Shown piece by piece: positions 36,927 to 49,328 of a stretch of DNA of 62,601 nt (positions within the stretch are counted from its first letter, which is position 1; every line of letters begins with the position of its first letter). Origin of the DNA: an uncultured Actinomycetes bacterium (GTDB taxonomy: Bacteria; Actinomycetota; Thermoleophilia; UBA2241); contig CAVYCN010000016.1 of the NCBI GenBank assembly GCA_963767005.1, positions 1 to 62,601 of the forward strand, given 5' to 3'. A program made the translations under genes and the position numbers. The notes under the pieces were generated by a model. The model was not told the origin of the DNA. It saw only the letters and a list, made by a program, of their open reading frames with translations, and ran no database searches.

Positions 36927-37342
36927 CCTCGCGTCTTCGACCGGTTCAGAGCGACGGCGGCGCGCAGGAGCTCCTTCAGGCCCTCCTCGTCGATGCCGTC
37001 GCCCTCGCGGAAGTCGATGGCGCGTCTCACCGTCCCGTCCTGCGTGAAGAGGCCCGACGGATCCTCCAGTGACGCGCCCTTGGCGAAGGTCAGCTTGACG
37101 TGGTCCTTGTAGGTCTCGCCGGTACAGATCATCCCGTCGTGCGACCACACCGGCACACCCCGCCACTTCCACTCCTCCACGACGTCGCGGTCGGCCTCCT
37201 TGACCAGCGCACGCAGCCGCCTGAGCACCTCGCCCCGCCAGTCGCCCAGCTCCTCGATCCTCGCGTCGATCAGCCGCGCGGGCGACATCTCTGCCTGTGG
37301 CTCGCTGGACGGGTCCGTCTGTGACTTGCTCTTCTCCACGAC
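36923..37342 (-). CDS. DUF1801 protein (start uncertain)
   Basis: DWRG...EEWKW.GVPVWSH.G.ICTGETYK..VKLTFAKGA.L.DP. Confidence 0.9.
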   Translation of the reverse strand, partial: VVEKSKSQTDPSSEPQAEMSPARLIDARIEELGDWRGEVLRRLRALVKEADRDVVEEWKWRGVPVWSHDGMICTGETYKDHVKLTFAKGASLEDPSGLFTQDGTVRRAIDFREGDGIDEEGLKELLRAAVALNRSKTRG

Positions 37343-37507
37343 CGTTCCCTCTTCCCCTGGTCCCGGAGGTCTCACTCCACCAGGCCCTTCGTCCGGCCCG
37401 CAGGGCTCCCGACAAACGTTCCAAGACCGCGCCGAATCCGGTACCGTATGCCTCTATGTTTCGGCTCCAGGGGAAGCGGTGGCAGAGGGCCTCGGGAGGG
37501 TCCGCGC

Positions 37508-40500
37508 GTGACGTCGTCTGAGCACGGCGAGGGCCGGCTCGGGCTCAACTTCACCGTGGCCGCCGATCCCGCGCGGCTGCAGGATGCCCGCGAGACGGTG
37601 CGCGAGCACGTGGCGCGGTACTGCAGCGACGAGTCAGTCGTGAGCGACGTCGTGCTGGCGATCGAAGAGGCCTGCTCGAACGCCATGCGCCACAGCGGCT
37701 CGCGCGACCCGATCGACGTGTCGCTCTGCTTCGACGGCGACTGCCTGCGCGTCACCGTGCGCGACCGCGGTCACGGCTTCGACGTCGAGGCCTTCGATCC
37801 CGACCGCCTGCCCGACGCCGCGGCCGACTGCGGCCGCGGCCTGTTCCTGATCTCACATCTCTGCGACGAGATGGAGCTCTGCTGCAGCGGCGGCACCGAG
37901 GTGCGCCTGCTCAAGCGCCTGTCCGGCGCCGCGGCCGGCGGCGGCGCGCACGCGTGGGGCGCGACGGGCGGGCTCGCGGCGAGCGCCGCGAGCCCGCCCG
38001 TCGCGCCCCACGCCGACGACGCCACGCGACGTCTGCGCGAGACCGAGTGCTACCTCGCCGACGTCCTCGAGCTCATGACCGACGCCTTCGTATCGGTCGA
38101 CCACGAGTGGCGCTACACGGTGGTCAGTCCGCGCGCCGAAGAGATCATCGGGCGGCCGGCGCAGGAGCTGCTGGGGCGCTCCATGGAGGAGCTCTTCCCC
38201 GACATGCTGGGCTGGCCGCACTACCGCGCCGTGATGAGCGAGCGCCGGCCACGGGCGTTCGAGGTGTGGTCGAAGCCGCTCGAGCGCTGGCTCGAGATCA
38301 ACGCCTACCCCACCGCCCACGGCCTCTCGATCCTCTTCACCGACATCTCGCTGAAGAAGTCGGCGGAGACCTCCCTGCGCGAGGCCGAGCAGACGGTGCG
38401 CGCCGGCCAGGAGAGCTTTCGCGGGCTCTTCGACGCCATGGCCGAGGGCGTGGCGCTGCACGAGCTCGTCTACGCCGACGGCCGCGCCGTGGACTACCGC
38501 ATCCTCGACGTGAACCCCGCCTACGAAAGCCAGGCCGGTGTGAGCGCGGACGCGGCCCGCGGCACCCTCGCAAGCGAGCTGTACGGCACGGGTGAGCCGC
38601 CGTACCTCGACGAGTTCGCGCGCGTCGCCGAGACGGGCGAGCCTGCCTGGCTCGACGTGTACTTCGCCCCACTCGCGCGCCGCTTTCGCATCTCGGTCGT
38701 GCGGCTGGCGCCGGGCGGCTTTGCCACGGTGTTCGAGGACGTCACGGCCCAGACGGCGACCCAGGCGGCGCTCGAGACAAGCCGGCGACGAGCCGACCTC
38801 CTCACCTGGACCGCGAGCTCGCTGCTTGCGACCGACGACCCGCACGGCCTGATCGAGCAGCTCTGCGCCAGGGTCATGGCCGAGCTCGACTGTCAGGCCT
38901 TCTTCAACTTCCTCGTCGACCCCGAGGCCGGCCGGCTGCACCTGAACGCCTGTGCCGGCATCCCCGACGAGGAGGCCCGCAGGATCGAGTGGCTCGACTA
39001 CGGAGTCGCAGTCTGCGGCTGCGCCGCCCGCGACGCCGAGCGCATCGTGGCCGCGGAGATCCCGACCACGCACGATCCCCGCACCGAGCTGGTCGCGTCG
39101 TACGGCATCACGGCCTACGCGGCCAATCCGCTCATGAGCGAGGGCCGCGTGCTGGGCACGCTCTCCTTCGGCACCCGTACGCGCACGAGCTTCTCGGACG
39201 ACGACCTCGCCCTCATGAAGGCGGTCGCCGACCACGTCGCCATCGCCATCTCACACAGCCAGGCCGACGAGGAGCGCCGCCGCCTGCTGGCCGTCTCGCA
39301 GCAACAGACCGAGGCGCTGCAGGCGCAGAGCGCGGAGCTGCGCGATCGCGCCGACGAGCTACGCCGGCGCGATCGCCTGAACACGGCGCTGACCGAGATC
39401 GACGTGCTGATCAACTCCACGCTGCGTTCCGACGAGATCATGCGCAGGGTGGTGGCGGCCGCCGTCGAGGCCGTGGGCTGCGACAGTGCCATGATCGCCC
39501 TGAGCCACGGCGACGACTGGGTCGCCGAGTACGGCTATCCCGAGGTGCCCGGCGTCATCCATGAGAGTGTGCGCGGCGACGAGGCGCCCTTCATGATGAC
39601 AGCCGTCACCGAACACCGCCCCGTCGCGATCGACGACTGCGAGCACGACCCTCGCTGCATCTCCGAGGTGCAGCGCCGGTTCGGGGTGCGCTCGGTGATG
39701 TGTCTGCCTCTGATGGGACGCGACGACGCGCTCGGCGTCATCTTCTTCAACCACCACCGCACCGCCGTGCCCTTCGACGGACCTACCATCGACTTTGCCG
39801 GCAAGCTCGCGCTCGCCATCTCGCTGGCGCTGGAGAACGCGCGCCTCTACGAGGAACAGCAGCGCATCGCCACGACCCTGCAGGCCAACTTCATCCACCC
39901 GCTGCCACAGGTTGCCGGCCTCGAGCTCGGCGAGGTCTCGCAGGCCGCCTTCGCACCCGAGCTCATCGGCGGCGACTTCAGCGACGCCTTCCTGCTGCCC
40001 GACGGCACGATCGCCATCCTGATCGGCGACGTGGCCGGCAAAGGTGTGCGCGCAGCCGGCCTCACCGAGACCGTGCGCAGCACCGTACGCGCCTTCGCGA
40101 CGATCGACGCGGCGCCGCCCTTCGTGCTGCGCAAGACGAGCGAGGCGCTGCTGCGCTACGCGCCCGACGAGCCCCACGTCACCGCCTTCTTCGGCGTGCT
40201 CGATCAGCGTGCCGGGCTCCTGCTCTGCGCGAGCGCCGGGCACCCCGCTCCGATCCATCTGTCGCCGGCGTCATGCCGGCCGCTCGAGGTGACTTACGGC
40301 CCGCCGCTCGGCTCGTTCGCGCACGACTACGCCACGACCCGCGTCGCGCTGACCGGCGACGACTACCTGGTGCTGTACACCGACGGCGCGCTCGAGGCGC
40401 GCCGCGACACCGAACAGTTCGGCGAGGCGCGCCTGCTCGACGCGGTCGCCGCCCTGCGTGGCGGCTCCGCTCAGGATCTGGCCGACGGCATCCTGGCCGC

Positions 40501-40564
40501 CGTCGTCGGTTTCGCCGGCCAGCTACGCGACGACCTGCAGGTCGTGACGCTGCGCCTGGGCTAG
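37508..40564 (+). CDS. HATPase_c(RsbW-like)-PAS-PAS-GAF-GAF-SpoIIE phosphatase
   Basis: EACSNAMRH/GRGLFLI, GGDF.D, GDVAGKG, LYTDG, DDL. Confidence 0.9.
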   Translation: MTSSEHGEGRLGLNFTVAADPARLQDARETVREHVARYCSDESVVSDVVLAIEEACSNAMRHSGSRDPIDVSLCFDGDCLRVTVRDRGHGFDVEAFDPDRLPDAAADCGRGLFLISHLCDEMELCCSGGTEVRLLKRLSGAAAGGGAHAWGATGGLAASAASPPVAPHADDATRRLRETECYLADVLELMTDAFVSVDHEWRYTVVSPRAEEIIGRPAQELLGRSMEELFPDMLGWPHYRAVMSERRPRAFEVWSKPLERWLEINAYPTAHGLSILFTDISLKKSAETSLREAEQTVRAGQESFRGLFDAMAEGVALHELVYADGRAVDYRILDVNPAYESQAGVSADAARGTLASELYGTGEPPYLDEFARVAETGEPAWLDVYFAPLARRFRISVVRLAPGGFATVFEDVTAQTATQAALETSRRRADLLTWTASSLLATDDPHGLIEQLCARVMAELDCQAFFNFLVDPEAGRLHLNACAGIPDEEARRIEWLDYGVAVCGCAARDAERIVAAEIPTTHDPRTELVASYGITAYAANPLMSEGRVLGTLSFGTRTRTSFSDDDLALMKAVADHVAIAISHSQADEERRRLLAVSQQQTEALQAQSAELRDRADELRRRDRLNTALTEIDVLINSTLRSDEIMRRVVAAAVEAVGCDSAMIALSHGDDWVAEYGYPEVPGVIHESVRGDEAPFMMTAVTEHRPVAIDDCEHDPRCISEVQRRFGVRSVMCLPLMGRDDALGVIFFNHHRTAVPFDGPTIDFAGKLALAISLALENARLYEEQQRIATTLQANFIHPLPQVAGLELGEVSQAAFAPELIGGDFSDAFLLPDGTIAILIGDVAGKGVRAAGLTETVRSTVRAFATIDAAPPFVLRKTSEALLRYAPDEPHVTAFFGVLDQRAGLLLCASAGHPAPIHLSPASCRPLEVTYGPPLGSFAHDYATTRVALTGDDYLVLYTDGALEARRDTEQFGEARLLDAVAALRGGSAQDLADGILAAVVGFAGQLRDDLQVVTLRLG

Positions 40565-40641
40565 CGGCGCCGGCGCTCGATGTCACCGGTCGAACGCCGC
40601 GGCTGCACGCTCCCGGCGGACGTGGTAATCTCACCAGCCAC

Positions 40642-40716
40642 GGGCAATTAGCTCAGGGGGAGAGCGCCTGCTTCACACGCAGGAGGTCGTTGGTTCAAAT
40701 CCAACATTGCCCACCA
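40642..40716 (+). tRNA. tRNA-Val(CAC)
   Basis: GGGCAAT/ATTGCCC acceptor, ttCACac loop, CCA. Confidence 0.95.
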
Positions 40717-40760
40717 CTCGCCACCCGACGCGCGACGCGCGACACCCGGAAGGACGTGGC

Positions 40761-41819
40761 GTGACGAGCGAGCATCCGGCAAGCAGCGTCGACACTCATG
40801 CCGATCAGCACGCGCGGCTGCGCGCGTACTACGGCTCCGTGGTCGGCTCGCGGGACGACCTGCAGCACAGCGTCTGCTGCTCGACCGAGACCCCCCGGCG
40901 CAACGACGCGGTCGCCGCTCTGCTGCCGCGCGAAGTGCTCGATCGGCACTACGGTTGCGGCTGTCCGTTGCCCGACGACGAGCTCGCCGGCCTCTCCGTG
41001 CTCGACCTGGGCTGCGGGGCCGGCCTCGACTGTTTCGTGGCCGCCCACAAGGTCGGGCCGCGGGGCCGCGTGCAGGGCCTCGACATGACGACGGAGCTGC
41101 TCGACGTCGCGCGCCGCAACGTCGCCCCGGTCACGGCGGCGTTCGGCTTCGACCGGGCCAACGTCGAGTTCCACGAAGGCTACATCGAGACCGCCGCGCC
41201 CATCGCGGACGCCTCTGTCGACCTCATCATCTCGGACTGCGTCATCAACCTCTCTCCCGCCAAGGACGAGGTGTTCGCCACGGCGTTTCGCGTGCTCAAG
41301 GACGGCGGCGAGCTGTACTTCGCCGACGTCGTCGCCGACCGGCGCGTGCCGGAGCCCATCGCCGCCGACCCCGTGCTGGTGGCCGAGTGCCTCGGCGGCG
41401 CGCTCTACGAGCACGATCTCTTCGACGTCATGCGCGACGCCGGCTTCGGCGATCCTCGCGTCCTGCAGCGGTCGGTCACGGCCACCGACGTGGCCGGGGA
41501 GCCGATCACGTTCTTCTCCGTCGTCGTGCGCGCCTTCAGGTTCGTCGAGCCGCTCGACCGGCGCTGCGAGGACTACGGCCAGGTGGCGACCTACCGCGGC
41601 ACGATCGCGGGGCTGCCGGCCCGTTACGAGCTCGACGACCACCACGTGTTCGAGGCCGGCCGGCCGGCGCCCGTCTGCCGCAACACGGCCCGCATGCTGA
41701 GCCAGACACGGCTCGCGCGCCATTTCGACGTGACGCCGCCGCTGCGCCACTTCGGGCTCTTCGCCTGCGGCACACCGAGAGGCCCCGCAGCGGCGCACCA
41801 GGGCGGATGCTGCTGCTGA
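40761..41819 (+). CDS. arsM: Arsenite methyltransferase (long AS3MT/ArsM type)
   Basis: YYG...CC, YGCG, LDLGCGAG.D, S.CVINL, ECLGGALY, CEDYGQ, VC.NTA.ML, C-terminal CCC. Confidence 0.85.
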   Translation: MTSEHPASSVDTHADQHARLRAYYGSVVGSRDDLQHSVCCSTETPRRNDAVAALLPREVLDRHYGCGCPLPDDELAGLSVLDLGCGAGLDCFVAAHKVGPRGRVQGLDMTTELLDVARRNVAPVTAAFGFDRANVEFHEGYIETAAPIADASVDLIISDCVINLSPAKDEVFATAFRVLKDGGELYFADVVADRRVPEPIAADPVLVAECLGGALYEHDLFDVMRDAGFGDPRVLQRSVTATDVAGEPITFFSVVVRAFRFVEPLDRRCEDYGQVATYRGTIAGLPARYELDDHHVFEAGRPAPVCRNTARMLSQTRLARHFDVTPPLRHFGLFACGTPRGPAAAHQGGCCC

Positions 41820-41835
41820 GCGCAGCGAGCGCGCC

Positions 41836-43077
41836 GTGAACCTCGACGGCGCGATCCGGCACTACCGCGTCGGCGACGAGGAGGTCGATTCGATCGACCT
41901 CAAGGCGCTCCTCGTCAGTCGCGGCGTACGGGTCGACGGCGAGGTCTACCGCCGGCTCTCCGCGAGTGCCCGGCTCTCGCCGGACCCGCTCACCTGCAAC
42001 TGCCTGATCCTGCCGGACGGGACCATCGTCCAGCTCACCGACCTCGCCCTCCACATGAGCTACGTGCGGTCGGCGATCTCCTGGGACCTGCTGCGTCAGC
42101 TCCGCTACCTCCGGCAGCTCACGACGCCCTTCAGCCTGGGCCTGGCGCCGGCCGGCCGTGCGGAGCTCCGCTACGAAGGACACCCGGTGAGCGAGGTGAG
42201 CTTCCCGCCACGGTCGGCCTTCTACGATCGATGCACGGGCAGCGGCCTGCCGTTTCGCGGCAACGCCGTGCTCCAGGGCCGCGATTGGGTCTCGTTCCAG
42301 TGCCTGTGGCCGTGCGCCTACGCCTGTGCGGGTGAGCCCTGCCAGTACTGCTACTCGGGCGGCGTCTTCGCCAGTCTCGCCCGGAGAGGGCGGCCCCTGC
42401 CGACGTTCCCCACGCCCGAGGACGCGGCCGAGATCGTCGACTTCGCGCTGCACCACGAAGGGAACGTGACCAGCGTCCAGATCACCGGCGGCTCGACCTA
42501 CGACACGGAAGCCGAGTACCGGCTCATCAGGGGGTATCTCGAGGCGATCGACCGGCGCGTCGGCCGCGAGAACCTGAGCGGCGAGATCGTCGTCTACGCG
42601 ACGCCGCCGCGCGATCCGCGGTCCCTCGAGCCGATCTTCGCCGCCGGCGCCGACCGCGTCTCGATGAGCTTCGAGATCTGGGACGAAGAGCTCGCGCGCG
42701 CGGTGATGCCGGGCAAGGCGAAAGCGGTCGACCGCGCCCGCCATCTCGAGTGCCTCGAGTACGTCGCGGCGACCCACGGCGCGGGCGCGGCCTGCAGCAA
42801 TTTCATCGTCGGGCTCGAATCCGCGGAGAGTTGCCTCGAGGGCGCCGAGTATCTCGCCGCCCGTGGGATCGTGCCGATCGCGTCGGTCTGGATCCCGTTC
42901 GGTCGACCCGTGCTCGGCTCGATGCGGGCGCCCGACCTCGCCTACTTGCGGCGCATCAAGCGCGGCCTTGCCCGGATCTACGAGCGCTCCGGCCTGGAGC
43001 CCCCGGGCGGCACGGGGCTCAACGTCTGCATGTGCCGCGACGTGCAGCGCCACCGGCGGGCCATCCTGGCGGCCTGA
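41836..43077 (+). CDS. Radical SAM protein, non-canonical Cys spacing
   Basis: CLWPCAYACAGEPCQYC, ITGGS, FIVGLE. Extra TCNC and VCMC. Confidence 0.85.
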   Translation: MNLDGAIRHYRVGDEEVDSIDLKALLVSRGVRVDGEVYRRLSASARLSPDPLTCNCLILPDGTIVQLTDLALHMSYVRSAISWDLLRQLRYLRQLTTPFSLGLAPAGRAELRYEGHPVSEVSFPPRSAFYDRCTGSGLPFRGNAVLQGRDWVSFQCLWPCAYACAGEPCQYCYSGGVFASLARRGRPLPTFPTPEDAAEIVDFALHHEGNVTSVQITGGSTYDTEAEYRLIRGYLEAIDRRVGRENLSGEIVVYATPPRDPRSLEPIFAAGADRVSMSFEIWDEELARAVMPGKAKAVDRARHLECLEYVAATHGAGAACSNFIVGLESAESCLEGAEYLAARGIVPIASVWIPFGRPVLGSMRAPDLAYLRRIKRGLARIYERSGLEPPGGTGLNVCMCRDVQRHRRAILAA

Positions 43078-43213
43078 CGACGGCGGGCGATCCTGCACGG
43101 CCGGGCGCTACACCGGTAGTACCGGCCCGTCCATACGGAGCGGCGTAGCCGGTCGGGTCGGCGTAGAATCTGTGGTGACCTCGCAGGCGATCAGGACAGG
43201 ACTGCCGCTCCCT

Positions 43214-43786
43214 GTGATCGAGACGAGCCCCAACCGTGTGTCTCACCCCGGCGAGCATCGTCTGCTGCCGGCACTCGCCGTGCCGCCCGCCGACGTCACG
43301 CTCTGCGCGGCCCTGGCCGCCGATCTGCCGGCGATCCGGCGCGCGGTGCGCGCCGCCTTCGGCCACGACCTCGAGGCCCGCCTCGTGGAGCGCCTCGAGC
43401 GCGAGGGGCGCGTGCGGGTCTCGCTCGTGGCGCGCGCCGCGGGCGAGGTCGTCGGTCACGCCATGCTGAGCCGCGCCGCGCTCGTCGCGCGCGGCGGCTC
43501 CTGGCCGGCGCTCGCCCTGGCGCCGGTCGCCGTCGTGCCCGACCGGCAGCGGCGCGGCATCGGCAGCGCGCTCGTGCAGGCCTGCCTCGCCCTGGCCGGC
43601 CCCGGCCTGCCGGTCTTCGTGATCGGCGCGCCGGCCTTCTACGGCCTGTTCGGCTTCGAGCCGGCCGAGCCCTACGGCGTGACCTCGCGCTTCGACGTGC
43701 CGCTCGGCCACTTCATGGTGCGGCCCGGCGCCGGCGCGCCGGCGCCGCTGCCGCGACTGCTCGACTACCCCCCGGCGTTCGGCTGA
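43214..43786 (+). CDS. GNAT N-acetyltransferase (YhbS-like, start uncertain)
   Basis: LAPVAV.PD.QRRGIGSAL, FVIG.PAFYG.FGF, YPPAF. Confidence 0.85.
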   Translation: MIETSPNRVSHPGEHRLLPALAVPPADVTLCAALAADLPAIRRAVRAAFGHDLEARLVERLEREGRVRVSLVARAAGEVVGHAMLSRAALVARGGSWPALALAPVAVVPDRQRRGIGSALVQACLALAGPGLPVFVIGAPAFYGLFGFEPAEPYGVTSRFDVPLGHFMVRPGAGAPAPLPRLLDYPPAFG

Positions 43787-43870
43787 GGCGCTTGCGCTCA
43801 CGGCCTAGGGCGGTCGCGCCGGGCCGGATCTCGGCCGACTCCGAGCCGGCCGTCGACCCGGACGACCGAA

Positions 43871-44041
43871 ACGAACTCACGTTCGTCTATCGGCCCCCGC
43901 TCAGGCTCGCCGAGCGGTCTCCCGTCACCCATCTGCTCGCGGCACCGCTGCCGCGGCGGGGGCGGTGCCGCGAGCGGCACCGCCCCCGCCGCGGCAGCGG
44001 TGCACCCCCGTCGTCGGGTCAGACAACGAACGTCTGTTCGT
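43871..44041. promoter_or_regulatory. Two ACGAAC-N4-GTTCGT palindromes (LexA/Cheo-box-like) flanking a 62-bp palindrome
   Basis: Boxes at 43871-43886 and 44026-44041. Perfect hairpin at 43942-44003. Confidence 0.6.
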
Positions 44042-44286
44042 GACGGCGCAGGCTCGCGTATCGACGCCGCGGACGGCCCCGACGCGTCTCTTGGACCGTT
44101 TGTCGGTTGCGCGACCGTTGCGAGGATAATAAAGTGCCGTGTTGGCCCGCGCCGGCTCCTCGCGCGGGGCCGTAGTTACGGGGCGCGCGCCGGCGCCGGT
44201 CAGGAGCTTCCGCACGTATACCCAGACCGGGCGCCCGCAAGGTGGCCCGCACACGGCGAGAAACAACCCCTACGGAGGTGGAGAGG

Positions 44287-46248
<1,962 letters not shown>

Positions 46249-46284
46249 ACACCGGCGTCCAGCACCAGCACGCACCGCGCAAAG

Positions 46285-46324
46285 AGGGGCGGGCGGCCTT
46301 GCGGCCGCCCGCCCCTTTCGCTTT
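46285..46324 (+). terminator. Rho-independent terminator
   Basis: 14-bp GC stem followed by a T-rich tail after acs. Confidence 0.7.
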
Positions 46325-46555
46325 GGCCATCCTGTCCAAGGCCGCCCGACCCGGCGCGCCGCCCGGCGGCGCGCCGGGTCGGGCGCCGAGTGACCGGGGT
46401 GTACACTATCGGCATTGCTTCTGACGCACGGGGCGACCGCGCGGCCCGAGTCGGGCCACCTCCTCCACAGGAGCCCGACGCGCGCCCGGCCCACCCCGGC
46501 GACGTCGCGGACGGCCGAAGTGGAGTGAGATGACACGCGCACCGAGGGACGACTG

Positions 46556-49234
46556 ATGAGCACACGCAACCTCGACAAGCTGTTCGACCCCAAGTCGGTG
46601 GCGGTGATCGGCGCCTCCAACACCAAGGGGTCGGTGGGCTACATCCTGCTGCGCAACCTGATCGGCGCCGAGTACGAGGGCGTCGTCTACCCGGTCAACC
46701 GCACCGCGATGTCGGTGCAGGGCATCCAGGCCTACCCGACCATCTCGCAGGTGCCGCGCAAGATCGACCTCGCCATCATCGCCGTGCCGGCCAAGACCGT
46801 GCCCGACGTGGTGCGCGAGTGCGGCGAGGCCGGCGTGTCGGGCGCCGTCATCGTCTCGTCGGGCTTCAAGGAGATCGGCGCCCAGGGCAAGAAGCTCGAA
46901 GAGCAGGTGCTGAGCATCGCCGAATCCTACGGGCTGCGCCTCGTCGGCCCGAACTGCCTCGGCTACGTGCGGCCCGGGCGCCACCTGAACGCGACCTTCG
47001 CCCACGTCATGCCCGAAGCCGGCCGCGTCGCCTTCATCAGCCAGTCGGGCGCGCTCGGTACGGCCATCCTCGACTGGGCGACCGCCAACAAGGTCGGCTT
47101 CTCGGCCTTCGTGTCGGTCGGTTCCATGTGCGACGTCGACTTCGGCGACCTCATCGACTACTTCGGCGCCGACCCGCAGACCAACTCGATCATCCTCTAC
47201 GTCGAGGCGCTGCCCGACGCCCGCAAGTTCATGAGCGCCGCGCGCCACTTCGCCAAGACCAAGCCGATCATCGTGGTCAAGTCGGGGCGCAGCGCGCGCG
47301 CCGCCATGGCGGCCGCCTCGCACACCGGCGCCATCGCCGGCGACGACACGCTCTACAGCGCGGCCTTCCGCCGCGCCGGCGTGGTGCGCGTCGACGAGAT
47401 CCAGGACCTGTTCGACGCGAGCGAGGCGCTGTCGCGCGTCTCGAGCCCGCGCGGTCCTGCGCTCGGTATCGTCACCAACGCCGGCGGCCCCGGCGTGATG
47501 GCGACCGACCGCCTGCTGTCGCTGGGCGGCGAGCTCGCCGAGCTGCGGCCCGAGACCGACGCCAAGCTCAAGGAGTGCCTGCCGTCGTTCGCGGCCCGCG
47601 GCAACCCGGTCGACGTCGGCGGCGACGCCGACGCCGAGCGCTACGCGACGGCCGCCGCCGCCCTCATGGACGACCCGAACTGCGACGGCGTGCTCGCCAT
47701 CCTCACGCCGCAGGCGATGAGCTACCCGACCCAGACCGCCGAGGCGCTGATCGAGGTCGCTCGGCGCCACCCGCGCAAGCCGCTGCTCACCTCGTTCATG
47801 GGCGAGATCAAGGTGGCCGAAGGTATCGCGGCGTTCCGTTCGGCCCACGTGCCGACCTTCGACGCGCCCGAGGACGCGGTGCGCGCCTACCTGTACATGT
47901 ACCAGTACACCAAGAGCCTGCAGGTCCTCTACGAGACGCCGACCGACATCCTGCCGCAGTTCAACCCCGACCGCGACAAGGTCAAGGGCATCTTCGTCGA
48001 GGTCGCCCGGCAGCAGCGTTCGACGCTCACCGAGATCGAGGCCAAGGACGTGCTCGAGGCCTACGGCCTGCCGGTGGTCAAGACCGTGCTGGCGACGAGT
48101 CCCGAGGAATGCGCGAAGCTGGCCGAGCAGATCGGCTTCCCGGTCGCCATCAAGATCCTCTCGCACGACATCACGCACAAGTCCGACGTCGGCGGCATCG
48201 CGCTCAACGTGCGGTCGGCGCCCGAAGCGGCCAAGCAGTTCAGCAAGATCACGGAGCGCGTGCACGCGGCGAAGCCCGAGGCCAAGCTCATGGGCGTGAC
48301 CGTCCAGGCCATGTCGCGCGGCGGCTACGAGGTGATCATCGGCTCGCGCAAGGACCGCACGTTCGGACCGGCCCTCATGTTCGGCATGGGCGGCACCGGC
48401 GTCGAGCTCTACCGCGACGTCGCGGTCGACTTCCCGCCGCTCAATCAGGCCCTGGCCAAGACCATGATCAACGACACCAAGGTGTCGCAGCTGCTGCGCG
48501 GCTATCGCGGCGGCACGCCGGTCGACATGGAGGCGCTCGAGCAGGCGCTCGTCAAGGTGAGCTACCTGCTGGTCGACTTCCCCGAGATCGTCGAGATGGA
48601 CGTGAACCCGCTGCAGGTGCGGCCCGACGGCATGGCAGCGCTCGACGCGCGCATCATGATCGAGCCCCGCGACGTGCGCAAGATCGCCCAGGCCGGCTCG
48701 CACCTGATCATCTCGATGTACCCGACCAAGTACGACTGGCAGATCAACCTGGGCCAGGAGAAGGTCGAGCTGCGCGCGATCCGTCCCGAAGACGAAGAGC
48801 TCTGGCGTGAGATGATCGGGTCGCTGTCCGACGCCACCGCCGAGTACCGCTTCTTCGGGCCGGTCAAGGAGATCACCAAGACGATGCTGGTGCGCTACTG
48901 CCACATCGACTACGACCGCGAGATCGCGATCGCCGCGATCGGCGGCAAGGGCCGCAAGCGGCAGATGCTCGGCGTGGCGCGCCTCACGATCGAGACGGCC
49001 AATGCCGAAGAGGGCGAGTTCGCCATCGTCGTGCGCGACAGCTATCAGCGCAAGGGTCTGGGCAGCCGCCTGATGACGGCTCTGATCGAGGCCGCCCGTG
49101 ACCAGTACGTGCGCGAGATCTACGGCCACGTGCTGGCCAATAACTCGGGCATGCTGCGCTTCGCCGAGTCGCTCGGCTTCGACATCAGGCCCTCCGACGA
49201 CCCCGAGATCCGCCAGGCGGTGCTGCGCGTGTAG
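46556..49234 (+). CDS. pat: NDP-forming acyl-CoA ligase-like plus C-terminal GNAT (Pat/PatZ-like protein acetyltransferase)
   Basis: GPNCLG, SQSGA, ASHTG, HKSDVGG, C-terminal GNAT with QRKGLG. Confidence 0.85.
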   Translation: MSTRNLDKLFDPKSVAVIGASNTKGSVGYILLRNLIGAEYEGVVYPVNRTAMSVQGIQAYPTISQVPRKIDLAIIAVPAKTVPDVVRECGEAGVSGAVIVSSGFKEIGAQGKKLEEQVLSIAESYGLRLVGPNCLGYVRPGRHLNATFAHVMPEAGRVAFISQSGALGTAILDWATANKVGFSAFVSVGSMCDVDFGDLIDYFGADPQTNSIILYVEALPDARKFMSAARHFAKTKPIIVVKSGRSARAAMAAASHTGAIAGDDTLYSAAFRRAGVVRVDEIQDLFDASEALSRVSSPRGPALGIVTNAGGPGVMATDRLLSLGGELAELRPETDAKLKECLPSFAARGNPVDVGGDADAERYATAAAALMDDPNCDGVLAILTPQAMSYPTQTAEALIEVARRHPRKPLLTSFMGEIKVAEGIAAFRSAHVPTFDAPEDAVRAYLYMYQYTKSLQVLYETPTDILPQFNPDRDKVKGIFVEVARQQRSTLTEIEAKDVLEAYGLPVVKTVLATSPEECAKLAEQIGFPVAIKILSHDITHKSDVGGIALNVRSAPEAAKQFSKITERVHAAKPEAKLMGVTVQAMSRGGYEVIIGSRKDRTFGPALMFGMGGTGVELYRDVAVDFPPLNQALAKTMINDTKVSQLLRGYRGGTPVDMEALEQALVKVSYLLVDFPEIVEMDVNPLQVRPDGMAALDARIMIEPRDVRKIAQAGSHLIISMYPTKYDWQINLGQEKVELRAIRPEDEELWREMIGSLSDATAEYRFFGPVKEITKTMLVRYCHIDYDREIAIAAIGGKGRKRQMLGVARLTIETANAEEGEFAIVVRDSYQRKGLGSRLMTALIEAARDQYVREIYGHVLANNSGMLRFAESLGFDIRPSDDPEIRQAVLRV

Positions 49235-49328
49235 CGCAGCGCCGTTCGCCGACTGCGCACCCGACGAGACGGGGGCACCGCCGGCGGCTGGCGTGCCACC
49301 ATTGTCCCGCGGGCAGAATAGGGGCCGC

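Noticed and set aside
41817-41835. Sec at the end of arsM (CCC-UGA)
   Set aside because: No SECIS-like hairpin. The next gene starts 16 bp later.
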